From: Octopus sinensis
Lineage: Eukaryota
Length of the DNA stretch: 64,000 bases
NCBI RefSeq assembly: GCF_006345805.1
Contig: NC_042999.1
Span: 61,442,001 to 61,506,000, forward strand
Direction of reading: 5' to 3'
The position numbers and the translations under genes were made by a program. Below are positions 52,311 through 64,000 of this stretch, piece by piece (the first letter of the stretch is position 1; each line of letters begins with the position of its first letter). The notes under the pieces were generated by a model. It saw only the letters and a program-made list of their open reading frames with translations. It was not told the DNA's origin and did no database searches.

Positions 52311-55300
52311 CTTATGTTCTAAATATTCTATTAAAGCCACATGTTACCATTACAAGTAACGATGTTAATAGTGATGATGATGGTGAGGAGGAGGAGGAGG
52401 AGGAGGAGGACGACGACGACGACGACAGTAATAACGAACACGTCGAGGACGACGACAACCAAGATAATGGCGATGATATGAACAAAAATATAGTTATAAC
52501 TATAACTTGGTGACGAATCGCCAAGGGGAATATTGACAGTTATGCGTAGCTGGACAGTCCATTACACCAGGTGACACAAAAAGCACACAAATAGACACTC
52601 ACACACACACACACATGTATATATACGAGAAATGTATAAGTATGCATGTATGTATATATGTATATTATATATGAGTGTGTATACACACACATATATATTC
52701 AATGAATAAGGAGAATTGTACTCCCTATATAGCACAATTATTTAGTGCTCAAGGTTAATAGGGAATTGGAATAATACGGAAGACTTTTGAATTGAGATAA
52801 AATTCTTCGTTATCAGACCATATATGAAAAGTAAATCTTTAATCCTTTAAATGCTTCGTAAAAATATATATGTAAAATAATTATTTGGATATGAGAGGCA
52901 AACATACGCATTGAAACGATACATATTCAGTGATATTTAAATCATATAAATTTGTACATACAGGATCGGTTCGTCGCATCAGAGGCGCTAATATTAAAAC
53001 TCACGAGAGTATATGGAAAGTTCGAAGGGAGAAGTCCAAATTAAAACCCAAATATGAAAATTAACGTATAAATCCTTCGGCTGTTTGATGAACATAGCGA
53101 TAAGAGCAAATATCGACTTAAATTCCATTTCTATATCGCTATTTCATTCATCAGAGATATGAGAAGCTATTTAAGAAAGAAAGGAGGATTTGCATTTTTA
53201 TTTTTATTTTGCTAAGTATTTCACTTCAAGTTTCAATACTATATCGTATTTTAAAATTTCCCTCGACTAACCACTTTATATTTCTCTGTTTCACTCTACC
53301 TCGTCAACAAACATTTCAACTATGTAATTCCCAACTTCATGTCTTTAACATTTCTCTCTTTCTCTTCACCTCTCACTTCCACTAATTCTCACTCTATCTC
53401 TCTCTTTCTCTTTCTCCCACTCTCTCCTCCTCGCTCTCTCTCTCTTTATCTCTCAATGTCAATGCATCCCTTGTCCAACTCTCTCTATCTGCCTTTCTTT
53501 AACCTCAAGACCAGAACATCACCCTCTACTAAATATTGTATCCTAAATATATCTCTTTCTCTTTACCTTTCCCTTCCCACCCTACAGCACATCATTAACA
53601 CTTCACTCTCTCTGTTTTCTCTCATTGTCTTTTTCTCTCGCTCTTTGCCTCTCCCTTCAACTAACCACGTGAGGCCTCTGTCCGTATCATACCTCTTTCT
53701 CTACTTCTTCCTCACATCTTTCTTCTCAACTCACACTCTTCACCTTCCCCCTCTTCCTCACATATGCACACGCACACACTTTTATTCCACTTCTCACTAA
53801 CTCCACCTCCACCTTATGTGTATGTATAAATGTATTTATGCAGGTATGTATATGGGTGTATATACACAAATACCAGTAGAAAATACATACGTACATACTA
53901 CACATGCATATATGTTGACACATACATACGAAGCTACCACATTTATGTATTCGGATAAGTTCGTGTGTATATATGTATGCCTGTACACATATACACACAG
54001 ATATTTATACATACATACACTCATCCGCTTACATATATATGTATTGAAAACTGCTGATAAGATAAGCAACCAACAGTCGAAATATATGTGGAGCCGAAAC
54101 TCTTACATAAGAAAAATTATTAATAAAAACATATACTATACAACAATAGACACTAGGAAATTAAATATTTTTGAAGCGGTACTTGAATTAAAAATAAAAG
54201 AAGAAATGAGTGCCTTCAGTATTAGCGGAAACAGTACGTCCCTCGCAAAAGCTTCTGATGTGACAAATATTTCTGTCTTAATGCATTCCAATACAATGGA
54301 ATGTCGCTTGGAGTCTTGCATTTAATGCTTTGTAAGTATATATAGCATATTCCCAACGCCTTGCTTTTCGTGGTTATGCAAAAAAAGAAAATATATATTA
54401 AAACCCTTTTATCTCATTGAAAACCATATCTTATTGCCTTCGTACTTGGTTTCATGTAGCATTTATGAGATAACTATTAATATTTATGGAACCCGTTTGA
54501 TAAATGTTCATGTTGGAAGGGATACAGTGGTAAATAAAATATTTAGAAACCCCGTTTGTTGAATAATATTCATATATACAGCTATCCATCTCCTCCGTTT
54601 ACTATTCCTAGGAGGGTCGTGTGGGTAGCGTCCTCAGGTACCTCACGATGGTCACTATCATCTTAGCTGGCGCAATTGTCATTACAGGCTCTGGCTTGAT
54701 ACCCAAGCGAAACCAACAAAATCTCTTGATATTATACAAACTTCTTGTTCTTACTCTATCCCTAGGTCTCCTGATGTGTGTGTGATTCATTGGTTGAATG
54801 CATATATGAATGTATGCATATATCGTATATCGGAATAAGTTTGATGAAGGAAAATCTTTGATTAAAATCCTGTTATTAACCTCATATTTACAGAATATAT
54901 CTAATGATAAAAGATCGATTATTTCATTAGAATGTATATAGTTTTACACTCCCTTTAAAACTATATAACTACACGAATTATATAGAGTAATTATGACATC
55001 ATCCTCAGGTACCTCACTACTGTTTACTATCATCCTATCTGAAACAACCGTCATTATACGCCCTGGCTGGAATTCTAAGCGTAACCAATGAAGTCTCTTG
55101 ATATTATACAAACTTCTCGTTCTTCCTCTATCTCTATCTTAACTCGGCTTGAAGAAAATATTTTGCAATTCTGCCCTACGATATTCTAATCACATATCCG
55201 TTGTACCGGAGATGTGACCTCTTAATGCGGAGAAGTAGCGACACGACACATATACATAATTATATGTATGTTTGCATATATGTATACATACATGTATGCA

Positions 55301-55344
55301 GATATATTTGCCCTCTCTAAACTTTATATGGGGCATTCTGTACC

Positions 55345-55830
55345 TGTGTATGGACAAAGATTGGAAGTTGTAAATAAATTCATTTACTATGGAAGTACTT
55401 TCAGCCCTACTGGTTTTGATGAGGAAATTTCGTATAGAATCAGCAAATCGAGTTGTGCCATTGGTAGGCTTGAAAAGTGTCTCTGGTCATGCCATAGCAA
55501 ATATTTCAAATTAAGTTAGTACATGTCCAATTATCGTTGCACTATGGAAGTAAGACATGGCTTATTTATCGTAGGTATTTAAAGCATTTCTAACGATATC
55601 ATCAATGTTGTCATCGGAAAATTCTTGAGATGAATTGTAAAATGGCGATCAATGATATGGAAGTATTTGAGGGAAGTAGTTGTAGGAGTGTAGAATCAAT
55701 GATTCTGTAAAGTCATTTTAGGTAGGGGGGACATCTGCTGGGAATAAATTATGGTGAGCTGGAAGATAGTAGGAAAGCGGCACATATATCCAAAATGAGG
55801 TTCAAGGACTAATTTTAAGTTGCTTTATAT
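55345..55830 (+). mobile_element. Decayed RTE-clade LINE fragment
   Basis: GQRLEVVNKFIYYGSTFS...DEEISYRISKSSCAIGRL, LHYGSKTWLIYRRY, YHQCCHRKIL; stops and frameshifts. Confidence 0.8.
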
Positions 55831-57887
55831 TTAAGAGATGAGAAATTGTGCTGTTCATTCAACGGGGTCGTGTGGTGTGAATGAAATTTTGAGAATGTAC
55901 TGGTAGGGGTAAGTAGATACAGAGAAGAGAAGAGATTTGTATGCAAGGAGGAGAATGGTATCAGCCAAAAGGAATAGCGGAGGAAAGAAGAAATAAAGTA
56001 AGACAGAAAGGAAGGAAGAAAGAAAGGGGAAGAAAAAATGAAAAAAGGAGTGCTAGGTGGTGGTCAAGATATTGTGAGGGGTGGGAGAGAAGAGCTGTCA
56101 GTATAAAATGAATAGGATGGTATAGAGGGAAGAGATAAGAATGTAAGGAAGGAATGTGTGTGAGAAGTGGGAGGTGGGCTGATATGTTTGAAAGGTACTA
56201 AGGTGGGGAGGTAGGTAAAGAAAATGGTATGGGTGGGTGTGCTAAAGTGAGTATTAAACCTCATATTTATATATGTGTGTGTACATGTATGTATATATAT
56301 AATTACATACACCACATACACACAGAGACACACACACAGGCGCACACACATGCACATATATATATATATATATTGTGGAGCTTGATTTAGCGGATATTTC
56401 TCGCGGATCAAAGCCACAACTTTGAGATTTCCTCCTTGATTACATATGTCTGTTAGTGGGCCAATGGGTTAGAACGTTATTACCAATATATTAGATTATC
56501 TTGACTTATTGTTTCAATCTAGACTTGTACTAAGTGTACATTTGGGTGTAACATCAGTACTTGACTAATGTCATAAAATTTCATTTTGCTTATTCTAATT
56601 TAAACTGCTTTAGATTTTCGCAGCATACATTTACGTTTACGATTGTTCTTTTTAAATGATTTATATTGTAAACTTCACACGGAATACTTGATAATTTTCG
56701 AGATTATTTTTAAACGTCTGGAATAAGATTCATAGAAATAGTTGCACCATCACAAGTGGGAGCATCTTAATTGATGACATAAACATCAAGCAAATGTTAG
56801 TGATAAAATGTGATACATTGACTTTTCTTAATATGCTCACAAACGCCGAGGGTGTTCTTGAGATTGCTGAGATAGCATATTACCGTACAGAATTCTATGT
56901 ATGTAGTTTGATAGATTATTGTCCAGGGATCAAATCTTGCTTCGGTTAGCTTTTCATCTCCTTTCCTTCCTCTCCAACCCTTTGTCTCACGTCTATTGAT
57001 AATTAACGAATATCTTCGCAAGCATCTCAAAAGGATTGCCAGCATCAAATATTCATATATAAGCGAGAAAGTTATCATTTTAATGAGTTTTCGAGACCCA
57101 TGAGTTAAGTTGTCCATTAGGACTTTTACGTTATTAACTATCAGAAGCTTACAGGCAAATCGAAAAGGTAAGAAGCATATATCAATGAAATGCTGCACTT
57201 TGAGTTCTTATAAGATATTTAAGTTAGAATAACAGTTATTTAATTTCCTGTCTATAATCGAATCTATCTAATTGATTTCTACTGTCAGATAACGATAAAT
57301 TGGGAATGCTTACCGTTTATCGTGACCGCTTTTGGAAATCAATTTAAGTTTGCATTGATATTGTATCATTTCGTAGCCTAAAGTACCTCAGTTAATATCA
57401 AAACGGTTCAAGGCAGGTCAATGTTTAAACACTTGGCATGGATAGCAAAAAGAGCGGAACAGCAACATTAATTATCAGTGGAGCGATTTCCAGATTCATA
57501 TAACGCAACACATTAAACTACATAAATAAAATTTACGAAATGTAATTTATTTATACATATATGGAGCTACATGCACAGCCATATACATGTACACATATTT
57601 TGTCAGGGAGGTATATGCATGCACACTTATTGCATGTGTATGTAAGTCAGTGTGTGTGTATGGTGTATATACAATCCATGTGTATATTAAATCCATGTAT
57701 ATATAATCCGTGCATATGTATATATAATCCATGTATGGGGGATTATTGTTTTCTGTAGATTTCCATAAAAGAACAGTCAAATATCAATTATAAGATCGCC
57801 CCCATTTTATTTAGTTTTAAATGGAAACGTTTCACACTGACCTGTTCTGATTGCGAATTGCGTACTTGAGCGTGGAGGAACTGACTC

Positions 57888-57977
<90 letters not shown>

Positions 57978-58204
57978 AAGGCGGCGAGAAGGCAGAAACG
58001 TTAGCGCGCCGGGCGAAATGCTTAGCGGTATTTCGCCTGTCGTTACGTTGTGAGTTCAAATTCCGCCGAGGTCAACTTTGCCTTTCATCCTTTCGGGGTC
58101 GATAAATAAAGTACCAATTTCGCACTGGGGTCGATGTAATCGACTTAATCCCTTTGTCTGTCGTTGTTTATCCCCTCTGTGTTTAGCCCTTGTGGGTAGT
58201 AAAG

Positions 58205-58208
<4 letters not shown>
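57978..58208 (+). mobile_element. SINE family 2, monomer
   Basis: GGCGGCGAGAAGGCAGAAACGTTAGCGCGCCGGGCGAAATGC...GGGTAGTAAAGAAATA. Confidence 0.9.
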
Positions 58209-58257
<49 letters not shown>

Positions 58258-58574
58258 GTATATATATATATATATTATATATTGATAGAAATGGTAAGAC
58301 AACAAAAATGAAAGAGACCTCGATATTAGGTAAATAGAGGAATTTATCTGTAAATATGATATGTGACAATTATTCGGTAGCCATGGTAAAGCTGCGAGTT
58401 TCGGATGTCGGTCTTTTTCATAGCATTTTTTCGATGGCCGGATAACTGAAGACATGGCGCCGTGGGTTTCCGCTCCGGCATCCCAAACTCGGAGTTTTAC
58501 CATGGCTACCGAATAATTGTCACATATTATATTTACAGATATATAAATATATATGTATATGTATATATATATAT

Positions 58575-58634
<60 letters not shown>

Positions 58635-58640
<6 letters not shown>

Positions 58641-59240
58641 TAGTTATCGCCATACTAATATGGCATTCTTATAAAAATAAGAAAAAAGCTGTCCGCTTAT
58701 TAGCTCCATGAGGCCATCGCCTTAAGTTAGCTATTTGATACACAAACTGTATCCATATAACCTTCGAACAAGGGAGGTCAGTCGCTCCACACTACTTGAC
58801 CGGCAGCTACAGACGCGTTTCGGAGTATTGCCCCTTTTCAATGCAGCGTAGCCAGCCAGTAGGTGTCGCTTCCGACAATCTCTGTTCGATGGTTTTATTT
58901 ACCTAGTTATTTACTTAGTTATTTTAATATTTCTATTATTGAAAACAAGTGGATGTATTCCACCGAAACTAGGTAAATAAAACCATCGAACAGAGATTGT
59001 CGGAAGCGACACCTACTGGCTGGCTACGCTGCATTGAAAAGGGGCAATACTCCGAAACGCGTCTGTAGCTGCCGGTCAAGTAGTGTGGAGCGACTGACCT
59101 CCCTTGTTCGAAGGTTATATGGATACAGTTTGTGTATCAAATAGCTAGCTTAAGGCGATGGCCTCATGGAGCTAATAAGCGGACAGCTTTTTTCTTATTT
59201 TTATAAGAATGCCATATTAGTATGGCGATAACTATTATTT
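58635..59240. mobile_element. Young ORF-less fold-back element: 274-bp near-perfect inverted arms with a 58-nt spacer, one hammerhead per arm, embedded in (TA)n
   Basis: Arms 58635-58908 and 58967-59240; I found one mismatch (AAGTTAGC vs AAGCTAGC); spacer sequence ACTTAGTTATTTTAATATTTCTA recurs at ~59275-59297. Confidence 0.93.
59028..59069 (+). ncRNA. Minimal type I hammerhead, U3-A8 variant (mirror copy 58806-58847 on the - strand)
   Basis: GCTGCA TTGAAAA GGGG CAATA CTCC GAAA CGCG TC TGTAGC: 6-bp stem I, 4-bp stem II, palindromic ACGCGT stem III, GUC with predicted cleavage after 59063. Confidence 0.75.
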
Positions 59241-59295
59241 TCCGGGAACGCTGCCGCTGTTCTCTTTTAGAGAGACTTAGTTATTTTAATATTTC

Positions 59296-59360
<65 letters not shown>

Positions 59361-59369
59361 CTATATATA

Positions 59370-59414
<45 letters not shown>

Positions 59415-59421
59415 ATATATA

Positions 59422-59580
59422 TAAGTAAATAAATGGAGTTGAACGCAGAAGATGTTATTCAAACTCTTGTACTTTCGACATATGTTTCGATGACAACATT
59501 GGTTTTATTCCAAAGGAAACGTAAGTCGAAATTTAAATAAATTTGAATAACATCTGCGTCCAACTCCATTTATTTACTTA
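59422..59580. mobile_element. 159-bp mini fold-back (~40-bp inverted ends) related to the 17431 element
   Basis: TAAGTAAATAAATGGAGTTGAACGCAG...GATGTTATTCAAA mirrored at the right end; the interior minus strand has GAAA CATATG TC, the 3' half of a hammerhead. Confidence 0.7.
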
Positions 59581-59863
59581 TACTGTACAAATCACTGCAC
59601 ATTAAACCGGAGTTTCTAACTTAGAACTGGTCGCTACATCCTTGTTACTTGCGTGAATTTTGCTACCCTAGTAACTGTTTATTGAATTATCCATGTTAAC
59701 GGTAAACAAAGGATAATTCATTCATCCATTTACACACACACACAGACATCAAAGCGTCAAAGAAGCTTCCGTTTTTCCTGAGCGGCAAACTAATACATCT
59801 TGCTTGTTGTTTTTTCACCTGTCTCTGTCTTTTTTCTAAGATTTTGAAACATATTTATATATA

Positions 59864-60368
59864 TACTAGCAGTATCGCCCGGCGTTGCTCGGGTTTGTAA
59901 GGGAAATAACTATATAAGCATTTTTAGAGAGTTACTTCCTTTATAGATGCCAATTCGGGCTTTGTTAGCCATTTCTGTTTTGGTGTCTTCAAGCCATGAA
60001 GTCGTTGTTCTAAAAGAACGCTGGTCTCCTTGACAACGCATTACGACGTTGATTTCCTTACAGGTTCACGAGGGAGGGAAGAAGGGGGAGAAGCAAACAC
60101 AGGTGCAGGTGTTTGAGCGTGGACGCCAACTCCGCCGCCATCGACACACGAAAAATTATGCATTAAAATGGAATAAAAATGATGTTAAATTATTTTTAAA
60201 ATCGTAGACTCAACGTAGACGCGCGCTAATAGCCAGACGGGCTAGATATTAATCACGATTATAAGATACCCGGTTTTGGTTAAACTGCACCGCAAAATGT
60301 GGGAGGAGTTAGGAATCTAAATCGTAGGAGACAGACACTCACACAACTACAGTTATATATATATAGAT
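59864..60368 (+). mobile_element. Non-autonomous rolling-circle-type element (Helitron/Helentron-derived, DINE-1/Lep1-like)
   Basis: 5' TACTAGCAGTATCGCCCGGCGTTGCTCGGG hairpin start; 3' ...GGAGGAGTTAGG...AGACAGACAC...TTATATATATAGAT end, an architecture I associate with such elements. Confidence 0.55.
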
Positions 60369-60558
60369 ATATCTGTAAAATAATATGTGAAAATTGTTCA
60401 AAAGCCAAGATAGAACTCAGAGTTTTATCTTCGCTATTGAATAATTGTTACATATTATTTTACAGATAAATTTCCCCTATTTAGATAATATTGAGGTCTC
60501 TTTCTTTCTTTTGTTATCTTACCGTTTTAACAACATATATATATATACATACATATAT

Positions 60559-60609
<51 letters not shown>

Positions 60610-61187
60610 AATAGTAAAAAGTGAAAAAACTACAGAAGGCTTGTTTTAAAAGGTTAAAAAATATATATTTGAGTCATTATGTCTGAAGAATGTTATAAAT
60701 TTTTTCATACAATGACATAGTTTTTGAAGAAATGACCGGTTTCGCGTTCAGCTTTTCAAATTCCTTACATATATATTTATATATGAATGTATGTGCGTGT
60801 GAGTGTTTGCGTGTATATCAATGTTTGAAGATATATATGGATGTATGTATATATGTTATATCGAATACGTCAGAATGTAGCAAACACTTTGATTAAAATC
60901 CTGTTATTAACCTCGTATTATTTATTGAGTGTATCCGATGTTAAAGATCGAATATTTCATTAGAATTTATATAATATAACACCCTATCTAAAACTACATA
61001 AATGCACGAGTTATATTGTTTAATTGTTATGACGTCATCCTAATTATACCCTGCAATTAGTACGGTGTTCTATGACAACAATTATATATCCATTAGCAGC
61101 TCTTTATGAATGACATATATTTGCCTGAATTGAACAACATGGTTTATTTGACTCTCCATGTTGTGGCCATGATATCTTTAATAATAA

Positions 61188-61229
<42 letters not shown>

Positions 61230-61480
61230 TGTGGTGTGTGTGTGTGTGTATGTGTGTGTGTGTGTGTATGTGTGTGTGTGTGTCTGTGTGTGTGCGCCCG
61301 CGCGTGCACTAGTCCTATATAAAGCTCAATTACAGAACTGCCACTATTGCCGCACACGGCTATAAAATGATCAGAAAGAATAAACGTCATCGATTCCATT
61401 TATGGAAAAATCAATGTTTTCCAAGTAGCTGACAACGGCTATGCTGCTGTCATAAAGAGAAGGAAAGGTAGCGCCTATGA

Positions 61481-61757
61481 TTCTTTTATAACATTTACGA
61501 GATTGCAATGGGTAGTGGTGGAAGTTAGAACTGGGCAGAATGCTTCAATCGGAGTGGACTTCACTAAAAGCACCCGAAGTGCCAAGCGGGTGGAGCAAAA
61601 ACTGTAAGGCATTTCCGTCCGCAGTTATTAAGTTCGCGACAACATAGCGTCTAGGATTTTCTTCTTTCTTTCTGTGAAATATTCTCCAAAGCAAGCATTC
61701 GAGCCAGCTCTAACTTCCGCACCCATCGATGACAGTCTTGTAAACGTTATAAAAGAA
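61481..61757. repeat. Diverged ~65-bp inverted repeat (61481-61545/61693-61757), MITE- or fold-back-like
   Basis: TTCTTTTATAAC.TTTAC.AGA...GGAAGTTAGA.CTGG...GAATGCTT mirrored. Confidence 0.75.
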
Positions 61758-61903
61758 AGCATGGGCAGTATTTTCTCATTGAAGATTGACAGGCAGAGTT
61801 CTAAAATTGGTAGGATTTGAACTCAGAACTTTTCTACTTGATGCTCTGCAATTCGCAAATTAAATTAGTAATATGGTGTATAAGGTAACTAGTGAAGCTT
61901 AAG

Positions 61904-62136
61904 GAGGCAAGCTGGCAGAAACGTGAGCACGCCGGGCAAAATGCGTAGCCGTATTTCGTCTGCCGTTACGTTCTGAGTTCAAATTCCGCCTAGGTCGACT
62001 GTGCCTTTCATCCTTTCGGGGTCGATAAATTAAGTACCAGTTACACACTGGGGTCGATCTAATCGACTTAATCCGTTTGTCTGCCTTTGTTTGTCCTCTC
62101 TGTGTTTAACCTCTTGTGGATAGTAAAGAAATAGGT
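61904..62136 (+). mobile_element. SINE family 2, monomer
   Basis: GGCAAGCTGGCAGAAACGTGAGCACGCCGGGC...GAGTTCAAATTCCGCC...AGTAAAGAAATAGG; AGGTAACTAGTGAAGCTTA occurs on both sides (~61883 and ~62133), a possible target-site duplication. Confidence 0.9.
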
Positions 62137-63714
62137 AACTAGTGAAGCTTATGATAAATCAAGCAATACATGCTTAAGATTGCTATCGGTCATTTCATTT
62201 CATATGTATATGCTCCACATTTAATTTTTGAGACTGATTGGTAGGAAAGACTATTAAATGTTTATGATAACTAAAGAATGTGCTGGTGTAATGATCTTAT
62301 AGTTCATCATTTAAACAGAGAAAATAACTAAACAGAAGTTTAAACAGAATTATGTTTGAAAATCTTGAACTGTGCTATTGACAAAAATATTCCAGATATC
62401 CCCGTCCTGGCTTACATGTTTACATACACACACACATACACACACACCCACATATATATGCACACATTTGTATTTATACATACATATGTGTGGGTGTGTA
62501 TTTTCACAAGCCTACATGCTCGTGTGAGTATGCGTGTGTTTGCGCACGTATTAGCTGTGCTTTGATGGCTGAGTGTTGTGTATGGTTTAGTAGATATGTT
62601 GACGTATTGCGTCATTGTTGAGAGACTGCACATGTATCTTATGTCTATATATTATTTATGTGCGTGTGATTGACTGCGGACTCTATGTATGCGTTCATTG
62701 TGAACACTTGGTGGAAGTGATGTGCGTCAGTTAGGCTGCAGACGGAAGGACTTGGACATTTATTCTAAGTCTTTCATTTCAGGGTTCAATTGCAGAGAGG
62801 CAAGTTTGCCAATAATAATATTTATGGGTTTGATAAAATTAAGCATCTCTGAGAAGTAAATTGGAGGGGTTATTTTAGGGCGTGGACGAAATGATTTGGA
62901 GTATCTACTCACCGTATTGCAGTCGGAGGACAGAAGCAGGTGTTACAGATTTATAAAAATGTGGCCGAACGTGATTTATAAAAACAAATTTCTGATGGAA
63001 GACAACGATAAACTGCATTCCTCACGAAAGGTTCACGACAAATACAAAGTATTTGTCATGTAGGTCGCTGTGAGTATGGCTCGATGATATATAACACGCC
63101 TTCGTTAATGCTCTTATGGGTCAATCCGCTCGCGAGCAGACAAAGAACTTTCACTTCACCGTTACTTTCGTCCCACCGGATAAGACACGATGGGACCGTG
63201 GAAGAACAGAGAGTCCCGTCAACATTCTGGCTACTAGTTATTAGGAGCCAAAATAAACTGGAGCAATATGACATCAAATATCATGATCAGAGAATCGAGA
63301 CTATGATTGTAAACCGAACATTCTTACCCTCTCCTAACGAATCTTACGTATAACGGAATGAGAGAAGTCGCTGCAAACCATTCGTCATATTTGTTTTCCG
63401 TATTCATAAATAACAATCAGCTCCTTTCATTGTAGAATGGAAGGAAGTAGATGCTGAGGAAAAGCTGGCGGAAAACAAGGGCAACTAGTCAAATTGTACG
63501 CCTGTAGAGAGAACATGGTGTGTGAGCCAAGGTCTAATTCAACAGAAATGTTGCAGGTTTATTTAACGAATGTAAATTTACTGACAATTAATTCTCACAA
63601 CTGTTGTCCGAGTATTTCAGCTAATATATAATTGCACATTTGTGTGTAAGCATAAACAAAAATATGTCATGCATATATAAATATACATGCCTACATATAT
63701 ATATTTTGCAGCCA

Positions 63715-64000
63715 ATTGTGCCCTCTCTTGTGAGTCATCAATCAATCTCCAGCAGAGTTCTTCAAGGAACTGTACTTGGACCGTTACTCTTTGTAATGGC
63801 CCTGTCAGACATGTCCTCAGTCGTACATTCAGCCACTGTCACCAGCTACGTTGATGATACAAAAGTATATCAGGCTCACAAGAACCCTGATGTCATAGTA
63901 AAACTGCAAACGAAGGGCATGCACATACAAATGGACCGATGAAAATAAAATGTAGTTCAATAATGTTAAGTTTCAAGCACCCCCAATAGGCCCACAAACA
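63715..64000 (+). mobile_element. CR1/L2/Jockey-like LINE RT fragment
   Basis: SSRVLQGTVLGPLLFVMALSD...SYVDDTKVY matches the GVPQGSVLGPLLF...YADDTK motifs; degenerate. Confidence 0.8.

Noticed and set aside
56797-57198. 133-aa minus-strand ORF
   Set aside because: No recognisable domain or coding-like composition.

Overview
AT-rich, microsatellite-dense animal genomic DNA. The SINE families and repeat landscape suggest a coleoid cephalopod, probably Octopus (inference, not verified). I found no confidently identifiable host gene; most ORFs in the track are microsatellite translations. Almost everything interpretable is mobile DNA: the right end of a mariner transposon, about 18 copies or fragments of two tRNA-derived SINE families, a decayed Helitron Rep/helicase fragment, two RTE fragments, a CR1/L2-like RT fragment, a young Tx1/L1-like fragment inside a (GATA)n array, a 5S rRNA-like copy, and two Penelope-like elements (PLEs; RT + GIY-YIG). 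One PLE is a ~5 kb, nearly full-length element with a ~1.9 kb inverted duplication. The main hidden signal is a set of at least five sequence families of type I hammerhead-ribozyme (HHR) motifs. They include U3-A8 and G3-C8 swaps of the canonical C3-G8 core pair, mostly have palindromic stem III segments, and several sit as divergently oriented pairs in ORF-less fold-back elements next to (TA)n tracts. All structures were paired by eye and none has been tested; coordinates of degraded repeats are approximate.
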